A stretch of 55,573 nucleotides of DNA, counting the filler, from Bipalium vagum (lineage: Eukaryota), in NCBI GenBank assembly GCA_037834085.1. It is 3 parts of 3 records of this genome, joined end to end, with 100 filler letters (N's around TTAATTAATTAA, not from the genome) between each part and the next. Parts side by side here need not be neighbours in the genome. Positions count along the whole stretch, not along the records: positions 1 to 19,937 come from JBBMKC010263435.1; 2 more parts are not named here. One strand, given 5' to 3'. The position numbers and the translations under genes were made by a program. Each line of letters starts with the position of its first letter. The first letter of the stretch is position 1. This document shows positions 1 through 11,235 of the stretch, piece after piece. The notes below the pieces were generated by a model. It did not search any database and was not told the DNA's origin. It saw only the letters and a list, made by a program, of their open reading frames with translations.

Positions 1-330
1 AAACTACCATTTCTAGATGTTATCATTAAAAAGGAGAAATTGAATAATAAATTAAAGATTAATATATTTAGAAAAGAAACGAATACAGGACTATATACGT
101 CAAACAATAGTTTCTGTGAAGAAAGATATAAAAGTGGATTAATCAAAGGGTTTATTCGTGGAGTATGGTTTTTAACATCAGATTATAAAGAGATAGATAA
201 AGAACTGGGTATTATAAAAGGTTGAGAAGAAAGAATACATACCCAGATAGAAAAGATAATCAACAGAATAATTAGCAGATTAATAACTGAAAAAGAAATA
301 ATAACTAAAAGAAGAAGGAAAAACTTTAAA
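1..330 (+). mobile_element. Penelope-like retroelement relic (RT C-terminal/thumb region), truncated by the window edge
   Basis: Frame 1 reads KLPFLDVIIK...INIFRKETNTGLY...SFCEERYKSGLIKGFIRGVW.LTSD...DKELGIIK, then a stop. This matches the PLE pattern LPFLD...YRKxTxTGxY...YKxxLI...EL. Confidence 0.75.
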
Positions 331-2299
331 GCTAAGCAGAACTAAGCTGTCTAAAACAATAAGGTACATTGATGGGAATATCTACCATTAGAATTCACAG
401 GGGTATATAGTGCTATTTATACTTGATAAGACGGTTTTCTCTTTTAAGTTTTGTGCCTACTATACACCGACTTAATTTTCTAAAGAATGTTGACATCTCA
501 AATAACATTAATAAAAACTGCTTCTATGCATAGCATGTTCAGTACAAAAATCTTCATAACTTGCAGACCTATGCCTCGGGTATCTACGTTCATCACAACA
601 ATAGGTCTTTTATTATTATAGCCACATGAGCCACACATGGTGGTAGTTTGGTAATTATTTTTCTAAATAATAACAATATGCCATCTTCAATATAAATCTG
701 AAATTATCTTAAATAAATTTAGAATATATATGTTATATATATTAATATATACTATTAATATATTGGTATATCAAAATTAATTGTTTAATGTAACTTTTTC
801 CTTTTCTTCATATTTCTTAGCCGACTATTTAATTTGAATAATACTTATATCCTTATTAAGAATAGTTATTTAGATAAATAAGTTTTTTATAAAATTCGAA
901 TCTCAGTTTTAATTTTTAAATAAAATTCATATTATTCGATATATGAATAAAGTTTTTTGTTTAAATAATATTATTTTAGATTAGAGTTTGGAAGCTTTTT
1001 TAAAGAACTAATGAGTTTCTCGTTTTTCGTGCCACTAGAATAAAATTAAGATTTATAATTAATTATTTTTATTAAAATATTGTTTCAGAACTTTGAATAT
1101 GCAGAGATTCAAAACTATATGAATATTTATGTAAAAGTTAATACAGATTATTTCTAAGCATTTGTATTAAAATACTTGACTGAGTGATGAAAAATAGTTT
1201 TTCACAGAATCTTTTTTTACAAATGTTTATTTTTCATTTTTAACGTGAGTCAAATATTATCTAAGAAAAATGTGGATTTTTGAATTATTGGTTGTTTTCC
1301 TTAAAAACCAACCGTCCAAAATCGTTTTCTGTTATTCGTCCAAAAATAATTATAAGAATTCTAAACTCAACAATTATAGATAGTCGTTTAGTCAATTTAA
1401 TATGAAAATATTTTAAAAGATGGTTCATTTGGCTCTCTTGGCTTCATTCCCTATTACTATCATCCGGTTCAGTAGCTTGCTTAATTCTAACTTCACAGTC
1501 AACTTGTCCATTTGTCTTTCTGCTATTTCCTGAGTTATTCCACTGATGACTACTCTGTCGCTACATAGCGCGAGGAGTTATTAAAGAGCAAAAGTGGACA
1601 TTTTTTCGGCTATCTGATATGATGCATATGATAGACCATTCTACTCATAAAAATTGGCACGACTATTTTGACGTCCAACATTGCTACTTGGTTTATAACT
1701 GGCTTGGCCAACCATTTTCTATCTGCGTACGATTGCTTCTTTATCCAATCCTCTGGTGGAATAACGTCCCATTCTGGTTTCACCTTTCTTGTTGGGCTTA
1801 ATTCTTCCTTCTTGTGACTGGTAGACCGGATTGGGATTTAACATCTTTTCCGTTTATCTTGATGAATCATCATCATACAATTCTTCATTTCTACTAATAA
1901 CCTTTTCATGATAAAGAAACGGTCATAAATTGCACTGACACTTTAAACAGATGCATCTAGAAGAATATGTCCTGAAAACATCATTCAAAAGAGACCGTTC
2001 CTTTTTAAAGACGACTCACTTGTTTACATATTAACCAGATTTAAAGTCGCTGGCTTAATTTACATTGTCCATCTTAAGGAACATCCATTTCTTGGCTGCA
2101 CATTAATAAAAAACATTTTTTGTTTAATAACACTAGCTTGTCAATCTACATTATCATCATCTCCTGTTTAGTTTCTATAGTTCGATATTCATTTGCCACT
2201 TATGAAATTGGGTTGAATATGCTGCCAACTACCGCTAGTGATGAAAATATACAACACAATTAGTGTATAAAATTACAGAATACATTGTGTAATCATATT

Positions 2300-2520
2300 G
2301 AAGAAAATGCGTTAAAAAAATTTCGAGACGGAATGAATTTGTAGATATTTTGATTCTAGGGTAATTCATTGTATTGTTGATGAGATTAAATCTAGAAAAT
2401 CAGGGTGTGCTAAGAAAGAGGTGAATTTTGATGACTGTAAGAGAAAGTTGTTCAAATCAGACGTAGAAAACTCAATGATTTCAAGAATCGATTCAGTGAA
2501 AAGAAAGGTGTCTTGATATA
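2300..2520 (+). pseudogene. Protein-primed family B DNA polymerase C-terminal fragment (Polinton/adintovirus-like), degenerate
   Basis: Reads LKKFRDGMN...SGCAKKEVNFDDCKRKLF...MISRIDSVKRKV, resembling the GKFKDE...KG..K..+TFDDY..CLF...IRS tail of pPolB. Confidence 0.5.
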
Positions 2521-2639
2521 CAAAAATTTCCTAAGGATTTGTCCATTGATAAATCAATCTTGCTCAGTTCAACCTAAGTGATCGGTGCTGTTGGACATAT
2601 TTTGAATTATTCGAATACTTATATTTAATATTGATAAAA

Positions 2640-3470
2640 GTAAATATATATTTGAAGAGAGATATAAAGTAGTGCATTAAAATCATTATTGAAAATATCC
2701 TATTGGTTAAAGCTGTTTATTGAATTTAATATAGAAAAGAGATTGAGATATCTTTGAAGATTTCTTTTTCAAATTAATAAATAATGCATCTCATGGAAAA
2801 TCATTAGAAAATTTTAGGAAGCGACAAAATATTCGTTTAAAAAAAATTCGTTAGCGATTTTAAAATATTTAATTATCTGCTTCTAAATTAACATTTGAAA
2901 AATCAATAATATTTTCAGAAAATATTCTTGTATGTCGCATTAAAAAAATTTATACAAAATTTGATAGATTAATTATGTAGGATTTTTTGTCCTTAAATAT
3001 TCTAAATTAATAGTTTTGTGTATAATTATTTAGAAAGAATTTTTTTTAATTTTATCTGGAAAATATAAAATTCATTTTGGTGATACATATTCTTTATTTA
3101 TTGAATTTTAATTAGATATAAATGAAACTCTTAAGGATATAGAAAATATACGATCAAATTATTTAGGAAATGAATTATTTAAATTTACAGATGAGAAAGT
3201 AATTGTTACATTTCAAGAAGCCTATTTTATAAAATCTAAATCTTATGGTTATGAAGTAATAGATAATAAAACTTAAGAAATATTTTTTGATAAAAGAATA
3301 AAAGTTTTAAATAATAGTTAAAACAGATTTAAATGATTATGAAAAAGCATTAAACGGAGAAATAATTAGGTAAAGAAATCATGGAAAAAAATCCAAGAAA
3401 TCACTTGATAAAAAAACGTTTGATTGATGATAATGGAATAAATACTTTTCTACATGAATATACAATTTAA
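2640..3470 (+). pseudogene. Protein-primed PolB relic (Polinton/Maverick or adintovirus-like), polymerase motifs B and C, frameshifted
   Basis: WLKLFIEFNIEKR; FFKLINNASHGKSLENFRKRQNIRL (motif B, ~2768-2840); YVGFFVLKYSKL; HFGDTYSLFIE (degenerate YGDTDS, ~3075-3105); FKFTDEK; KSKSYGY. Multiple stops and frameshifts. Confidence 0.8.
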
Positions 3471-5425
3471 TTTAATAATAGTAATAATTGAGTTTATATA
3501 TTTGACTTTATCTCAGAAAATTGATGTTGCAACAGGAACATAAATTAATAAAAAAATTACAAATGTTGATAATCCTATCAGAATATCAGTTAAGATTACT
3601 AAAATTCCTCCAATAAAAATACTTTCTAAATGAATGAAAATTAATTAAATAAAAATCTACAGAAGTATATATAAATTTTAATTTTTTGTAATGTTTTAAT
3701 AAAGCCCTCTAAAACTTTCTAATTTACAAATTTTATCTTTTTATTTTGAAGCAATCTGTAATAGTGTTATTGATGAAAAAATAATTATAAAATTGTAAAA
3801 TTTGTATAATCTAAAATTATAATTATGAACTTCATAAAATTAAAGAACTTAAAACCAAATTGGTTTTATTTGATAAAATGTATTTGATATTCAAAGAAAT
3901 CATAAAATTCATGAAATTTAGAAAACTTTAAACCAAATTGGGCTTATTTGATATTCGATATTGGAAATTGAAAAAACATCGGCTGCAAAGTTGAAAGGGC
4001 CTTGGGACATTGATAAAAATCAAAACCAAGGTTGTGAGGTTTTGGTGTTGGTGTGCCGTTGCCAACCTAAAAAGGAAACAATTAAAACAAATTTGACCTT
4101 GTTTTGCACTGAAAGCCGTAACAAATCTTGGCGTTTCTGACAAATCAATTTGTTAATACTCTTGATTCAGATCAATTCAAAAGGTTTCTAGAATTGTATC
4201 AAAGATTACAGAAAGAAAAATGAAACAATGGAAATGTAATAACATTGAGAGGTAAAACTCTTAAGACTATTCATGCAAGATTTGTTTGTTTTAAGTAGAG
4301 AAAATACATAGATAAAGTAAATCTTCGTTCTGAGGGACATTGGGAAAGTTAAGAAATAATATTTAAGTCATTGCTTTAGAGAATTCATTGTTTTTTCAAC
4401 TACACACCTTTTTTAACTATTAAAATAAAATTCCATATTTTCAGAGGAAAGGCTTTATCAATATGAAATAAGTGGATTACATTAATACACGTAGGTTGCA
4501 TGTATAAAGAATCGTTTTCAATTGGTGCATTTTTGGATTTAATGTTATTTCTCTTATTTTTATAAATCATGAAATCATAATATATCAATGGTTGCTATTA
4601 TTACACGACATTCAATGACAATTGTAATGCTAAAAACAGTTCCGTTTGCATTCTTCCTTAATCCAGTCCTCAACATATAATAGAAAACATTATCGTTCAA
4701 TAATATTATATAGCAAATCATTCAGGACAGTCAAAATTAACATACAAAGTGTGTCATTATAACACCAACTTTGAATAAATAAATGAAAGTAAAATCCGAA
4801 GGGTTTCAAGCCTAGATTATGAGAAAATACAAAATTAACGTTTAACATTAATTTACAAAAAGAGTGTTAGGATTATTTAGGAAATATTGTATGGAATCAT
4901 AACATTCAGAGGACCCCATTTTTTTCACCGTGGATCTAAAGTAGGAAAGAAATTGGTCCAGTTTGTAGCTAAAAAGTTTTGGTCCTATTAAAATTTGCAT
5001 TTAATATTGATTTAATGTTCGAAATTTCAATAAATGAAAACCAATGGGAAAAACTTTGCTTTGCATTTTTTATAAAACTAAAAAAATATAAAACCAGAAT
5101 GATAAAGTCTACACAATTTATTGCTTGATAAATTATGTTAAATCAAATTAATTAATAATAATTAATTAAATCAAAATTTTAATTTATTTAATTTTGAGGT
5201 GTCAAAAATATGAGAATTTTAAAAGTACTTTTGAAAATTTAAAAAAACGAAATAATCAAAAGTACCATATAATCTTCTGAATCGAAGAAAAACCTCTTTA
5301 TTTTTGAGCCTTCGATATGCTCGAGGTGGGACTCTTTAAAGAGTGTCGAAACATTTCTCAATTTGAATTTACTTTTATTATTTTTTTTATATTAATAATT
5401 ATTTTTTTATTAGTATTATTTATTA

Positions 5426-5429
<4 letters not shown>

Positions 5430-5473
<44 letters not shown>
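5430..5473. repeat. (ATT)n microsatellite
   Basis: Uninterrupted attattatt... run. Confidence 0.95.
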
Positions 5474-5474
<1 letters not shown>

Positions 5475-6100
5475 ATTGTAGTTATTAGTACATTGTAGTT
5501 TTAAACCATTTCAAAAAAAGATATATATATTTATATATTGCTTATCTTTTATATTTCTTTTCTTTTGCACTAATGCTCAGATCACATTTAAATACAAAAC
5601 AAAAATTTTCATTTCTCAATTTTCTGTCACATTTATTTACAAAGATAAAACATTAAACAGATAAAAATAACAAACTTTGTTTTGGCATAACTTTCATAAA
5701 AATAAAATCAGATGACAAACTACTTTTTTTAGTAAAATCGCAACCATGTACCATTTTTCTTGTATGATCCTAGCAAAGAGCTGTCGGTATAAATAAATAG
5801 TACATAGGACAGATATGTGGAGGACAAGAAATAAAACGATTTGCAAAATGAGATTTCGAGACATCTGAAGGAAAAAAATAATTATGATTACTGTAAAAAT
5901 AAAAAGAAGACTTTGTAGCACAATCAATTTTCGTTGTGTATCGATATTCTTCGTAACAATGACTGTTACTATCCTGTTACTATACTAATATTGAAAATGT
6001 TTGAATAGCTTCGCCTAAAAAGTTTTGATTTAATGTTTTCTTTCTTATTCTTTTGATAAACACAAGTAGAATTATGCTATAATCCATATTATTTTCGATT

Positions 6101-6179
6101 TATTAGGTTGTCCAGTATGAAATGTCGTTTTTTTTTGGTGCTACTAAAAATACGAAATTTCATACTGGACAACCTAATA
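6101..6179. mobile_element. Ultra-short mariner-type MITE (75 bp between TA target duplications)
   Basis: The left end tattaggttgtccagtatgaaatgtcgt and the reverse complement of the right end (acgaaatttcatactggacaacctaata) match at 27/28. TA lies at both ends, and the TTAGG start is typical of mariner TIRs. Confidence 0.85.
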
Positions 6180-6722
6180 TCACGATTTTCTCACGCAGAT
6201 TCACTTCCACCCAACAATTAGATATTCTTCATTTCACTTCCATCTGCTTCCATCCATCCTGCCTTAGACGTTTTTCTTTCGTTATCGTTAATTCCTGTGT
6301 AATACCAACTTTTCATATGTAGCCTAGAACGAATATTTTTTTATTTCTTTCGAAAGAACAAATCCAGCTTTCCTCTCCGTACACATTTTACACGTCTCAC
6401 AAAATAATCCCTCTATTTTATTTACAAACATACAAGTGCCTTTAAACAAAGAAAAAGTCTCCGGGTGTAATAAATGGACTTTGTAAACGAGATGGAAAAT
6501 ATAAATTAAAATTTGAAACCAGTCCATGATGAAATGAAACAATTTCTTGGTGTCTTAACTTTTAAATCTTCTACTTTCAAATGAATAAATAAACAACCAA
6601 TATAGTAAAGTCACGTATAAATTTTCTTTCGTGTTGGTAAGCATTTTATTATTTTTGTTTTCTTCAATAAAGTACGTATTATATGTTTCAAAATTTAGTT
6701 TATTTTTGGAAATTATAATTAA

Positions 6723-7290
6723 TACAGTGTGTTCAAAAAATATGTATTCCCACTTACAAAAGAATGAATAATTTCATCTACTGATTTATTCTTTTATTTA
6801 TTTATATAAATCTAAGTATATAACACATTTCGGAATCTAATCATATATTACATGATTAACTTTTATTTTTTAAAATCGAATTTGTTTACTGTTAAAAAAA
6901 CATCAAGTCGTTCAAAACGTATATTCCCGTTTACATTTAGTACAAATAATTTAGGAATTTCTTTTTATCAATCAATGTATCAACAATTCTTCTGATGCAA
7001 ATCAAAACTTAATTGGACATACCTAAGATAAACTTCTGAAAAAGCTCCATATCAATTTCATACCAAGCTTTTGATATTACCTCTTTAAGTTCAGAAATGT
7101 TATAGAATTGTCTATTTTCTGAATTTACTTTCCTAACCAAAGCATCCCCACGTTTTCAGATCGGGAATTCTTGGTGCCTAAATCTATTGCGGTAATTTTA
7201 TTTTCTTTAAATTACATTTTGTTGCTCTAGAATCGTAGCATTTTGCAAACTCTTGCTGAAATATAATGGGTCCATTTGGTAGTAAACCAA
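6723..7290 (-). mobile_element. Tc1-family transposon 3' remnant with IR-DR-type terminus
   Basis: TA|CAGTG terminus at 6723. The direct repeat gttcaaaa..t.tattccc occurs at ~6731 and ~6910. The minus strand reads LVRKVNSENRQFYNISELKEVISKAWYEIDMELFQKFILGM (Tc1 C-terminus). Confidence 0.7.
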
Positions 7291-7429
7291 TAAATAATAG
7301 ATTTAATAATAATATCTTTAAAAATAATATCTGTATCCAAAGCAACCAAAAACATAATCAAGTCTACTCTATATTGCCTTTTAGAGACCTACAACGGTTG
7401 CTTTCACAGGTCGTGCCAATAGTTAGCCT

Positions 7430-8030
7430 AACCATTGGACAATCCAGGATAAAGAATAAATTTTATTGTGTAATTGAAGGAAGGATGTTAGATTGGTATT
7501 TAGACCATGGAATGAAATTAATTAAAATTCATAGAAAATTGAAATATTAAAAATCTAGTTGGGTAAAATCTTTCATTGAATTTAATATTGAAAAAAGAAC
7601 TGTGGCAAAGAAAAGTAAAGATGAATTTGGAAAAAAATTTAATAAATTAATGAACAATGGAAAAAATTAGAAAATTTTAGAAATAGATAAAATGTGAAAA
7701 TAGTTTATGAATCTATAAGATTTAAATGGATTGTATGAAAACCTAATTATAAATATTGCACTACTTAATGAAGATATTGTTGCTATTTAATGTGTTGGAA
7801 ATAATGTTAAACATGATAAATTTAATTTTAAAAGATTTACAATATTAAAATTATCTAAATTATTAATGTATCAATTTATTTATGATAAAAGATTAAATGA
7901 GTAGAAAATTCATTATGGAGATACTGATTCAATATTTTAAGAATTACAAATTCCATTCAATTCTAGTTTAGAAAATGAAGTACGGAATTTTAAAGAATAT
8001 ATTCATTCAACAGATTTGAGTAAATTTGTG
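7430..8030 (+). pseudogene. Second, divergent protein-primed PolB relic
   Basis: LDWYLDHGMKLIKIHRKLKY; SWVKSFIEFNIEKR; KFNKLMNN(..)GK (~7640-7665); HYGDTDSIF (intact motif C, ~7911-7937). Confidence 0.85.
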
Positions 8031-10439
8031 GGGACTGCTCCCAGGCAAAATTTGAGATGAAAAACATTTTTTGTGTGATTTTGTGTAACTCAAAAATATT
8101 CCGGATCCATTCAACCTTTTGTGTGATCTTTTGCATGAAAAAATTTTCTTGTATAAAGTTTAATATTGTAAAGTGAAAATTTTATGCATGTGTATAATAT
8201 ATATGTAAATTATTATTGATAAATCCCGAAAACTATAAATTATGAAAAATATAAAATATAATTAATATTCATAGAAATATTATATAAATTAAAATAATCC
8301 TAAATTTAGAGAGTTCAATAAAAATAATTACTAAAAATCAAAATAATAACGAAATAACAAAATAATAATAAAAATTAAATATAGCAAATCTATATTTACT
8401 ATAAATAATTATAAGGTAAAAATTATAATATAAATTAAGTTGCTTTTTAATTAAAACTGGCAAAAAAAACAAAAGAGAAATCGAACAAAAAACAACAACA
8501 ATCATCCTCGAGTTAGAAATTGGATATTACCACGACACCAGTAATTAGAAACGACAATAATATTCTCGCATTGAAGACGACTGCCTCAACTTCAAGATTC
8601 TCAAGTTTCATACCAGCTGTCAACTCGTCAACAAGATATATTGAGAATCGCTACGATCGAAGAGAGAGGAGAGAAAAACCAAGGAGAAAACCAGATTTCG
8701 AGTTAAATAGCAAAGCCAAGTATATTTCGATTTCGAAATATTAAATCCAGTAAACCATGAATCTTCAAAGAACCAGATAATATTCATATTCCGATTCAGG
8801 AATATTTAGAATAATAAAATCGTCAGATTGTCAATCCAAAAGTAATTAATTTTATTTGTATTTAAATCATAAATATCAATTTGATTACAAATTGAATATT
8901 GTGATTAGATTATTATAACTTTTAAATTGCTCAGAATTAAACAGTTGAATAGATCCCCAATATTTTTTCCAAAATCAAAATCATTTTTTTTTGTTCTTAT
9001 TATTTTTTTTGCTTTCTCAACTTCAAGTAGGGCGGAGAAGCGCTTTTTACTTTCGAGGGCTCTTGAGGCTAGGATAGCGAAGAGCATAAACTAAACATTT
9101 CAATTTTTCTCTGGGACTTATCATTAATAATAATACTAATAATGGTGTTAATAATTATATTTTATATTGTTCAACAAAGTTTGATATTTGAATAAAAACT
9201 ATAATATTTAAATAACTCTTGATTTGACTTAGTGATCGATTTTTATTTATCGAAGTATCTTAAATTAAAAAGTCTCATTCACATCTGTTTCAGTAATCAA
9301 ATCAATTAATAATCATCGATTACTTGCACGCAATTTATAGTCACCCAGTCGATTAAAAAATTAAATCAATAAACGCAATAAAACGAACGAGACACACTCT
9401 AAATCCTTCTGATCAACAATAAATTACGTTAATTTTTGGAAAGATATTTAGTGTATTACAGTATTACAACTGAAAACGCAACTGTTCGAATGAAAGGAAT
9501 AACAAGGGTAACAGAAAAGAGATATAATTATGAACACTTTGATAGTTAACAATGAGTTAACAAAACTGTAATATAAAACTATATACAGTTTCAATGTTAA
9601 CAATGATAACACCGAATAAAAAATGTACAAATAAAAAAATAATTCAGTGGACATCTGAATGTGAATAAAAAGACCTAATGTGTATGAGTTCGTCAAAATC
9701 CTGCCGCAATATCCCAGTGACATGATATTACCAAATATTGGCAATATTGATATTTTTATAAGGCTATTGATCTCCAATAGGTTATTATTAATTGGTGAAC
9801 TGTGCCTAATGAACCAATTATACATGTTTGCAGCTCTATTGTGTAATCAGGTTTCAATTTATGAAGTCGATTACATAAATCTGTATATTTTGTTAAATTG
9901 CATTCATTTGATTAGTTAACAAATCTCAAGTAATAATGACCAAGTTTACAATGTTCAACTTAATTATCGATTATTTTATTAATTTGATGAAGTCGTTAAA
10001 CAAACAAAACTAATATTACGCTAAAATACTTTGTAAAGATGTAATATTATTTTTATAATATTATATTATATATATTTTATAATTATTCATATATTTTAGA
10101 TTTATTCATATTTACAAATGAAAACCGATTTAACAGTAACATTTGCAATTATATTAATATTATTGTAAGTATATTAATATGATTATTACTATTGATCTTA
10201 GAACATTCAAGGGATTCTGGTATTTTATATTACCATCATTAATAACGTTTGATCATTGTAAACTTTTGGAAATAGTTTAAAGTAATTATTTTCTGAAGAC
10301 TCATGTTTGTATTAAATGGTTGATATATTACAAGATTTACTGTTTTATTGAAATGGAGTAAATAATGTTACAATTTCGATCAAAGAAAAATATATTAAAA
10401 ATATAAAGTAAAAGGTGACTCCATAATAATTTCTACTTA

Positions 10440-11235
10440 TACAGTACCCTCCAAAATTTTATTCGCCCCTGTAATATATTTACTAATAATTTACTAAACT
10501 AAGTAATTTGTGTTTTAATAAATTAAATTTTAATTATTATTGACTGCATTGTTTAAATAATATTGATGTATGTTAATTATTGAAAATTTTATAATTCTTA
10601 TAGCGTTTATTTCTGTTACTGAATGGCAAGAAAAATATCCAAATATAATAGAAATGTCATAGTTTTACTTAAGAAGAGTAGGAAAACCTGGAATGAAATT
10701 CAATTAGATTTCAGAATCAATATTTCACCACTGTATTTAGACGTGGAATGCAAAAGATTTGGCAAATTTTTTTAAGAACAAACTAAACGAAAGACTTAAC
10801 TCGCATTGGAAGACCCCGAAAGGTAGCAATTAGAATTGAAAAATTACTCATAAGAATTTCAACAGCAAACAATAACCTTTCCATAGCACGAGCATCAATG
10901 ACTTCTTATCTCAAAGCAGTACAACAATATCATCGAGTACCGTAAGAAGAATCCTCAAAAATATGACATTCATGGTAACAGAAGCATAAGGAAACCTTTC
11001 CTATCAATAAGACTAGGACAAAAAAGAATGTTATGGGCCAACAAGCATAAGGACTGGGATTTTAATAAGTGGAAAAATGATGTCTTCAGTGAAGAAAGCA
11101 TTTTCCAGTGTTATAGTCAGTATGGGAAACATTGGGTTTTACGGACAACAAATGACAAAGGCAAACCAGGAAATATGCACCAAACTATGAGTAACGGACC
11201 CAAAATACATGTATGGGGATGCATTATCAGTTATT
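10440..11235 (+). mobile_element. Tc1-family transposon, 5' two-thirds, degenerate
   Basis: TA|CAGT terminus. ATG at ~10623 (MARKISKYNRNVIV), followed by GRPRK, STVRRIL, WANKHKDW...WKNDVFSEESIF and KIHVWGCI. Confidence 0.85.

Noticed and set aside
5315-5355. Hairpin followed by GAAAC, like a Penelope hammerhead ribozyme
   Set aside because: The CTGATGA core is absent and stems I and III cannot be formed.
8520-8744. 74-aa ORF with an R/E/K-rich end
   Set aside because: Non-ATG start, no domain and no consistent splice model; probably repeat-derived.
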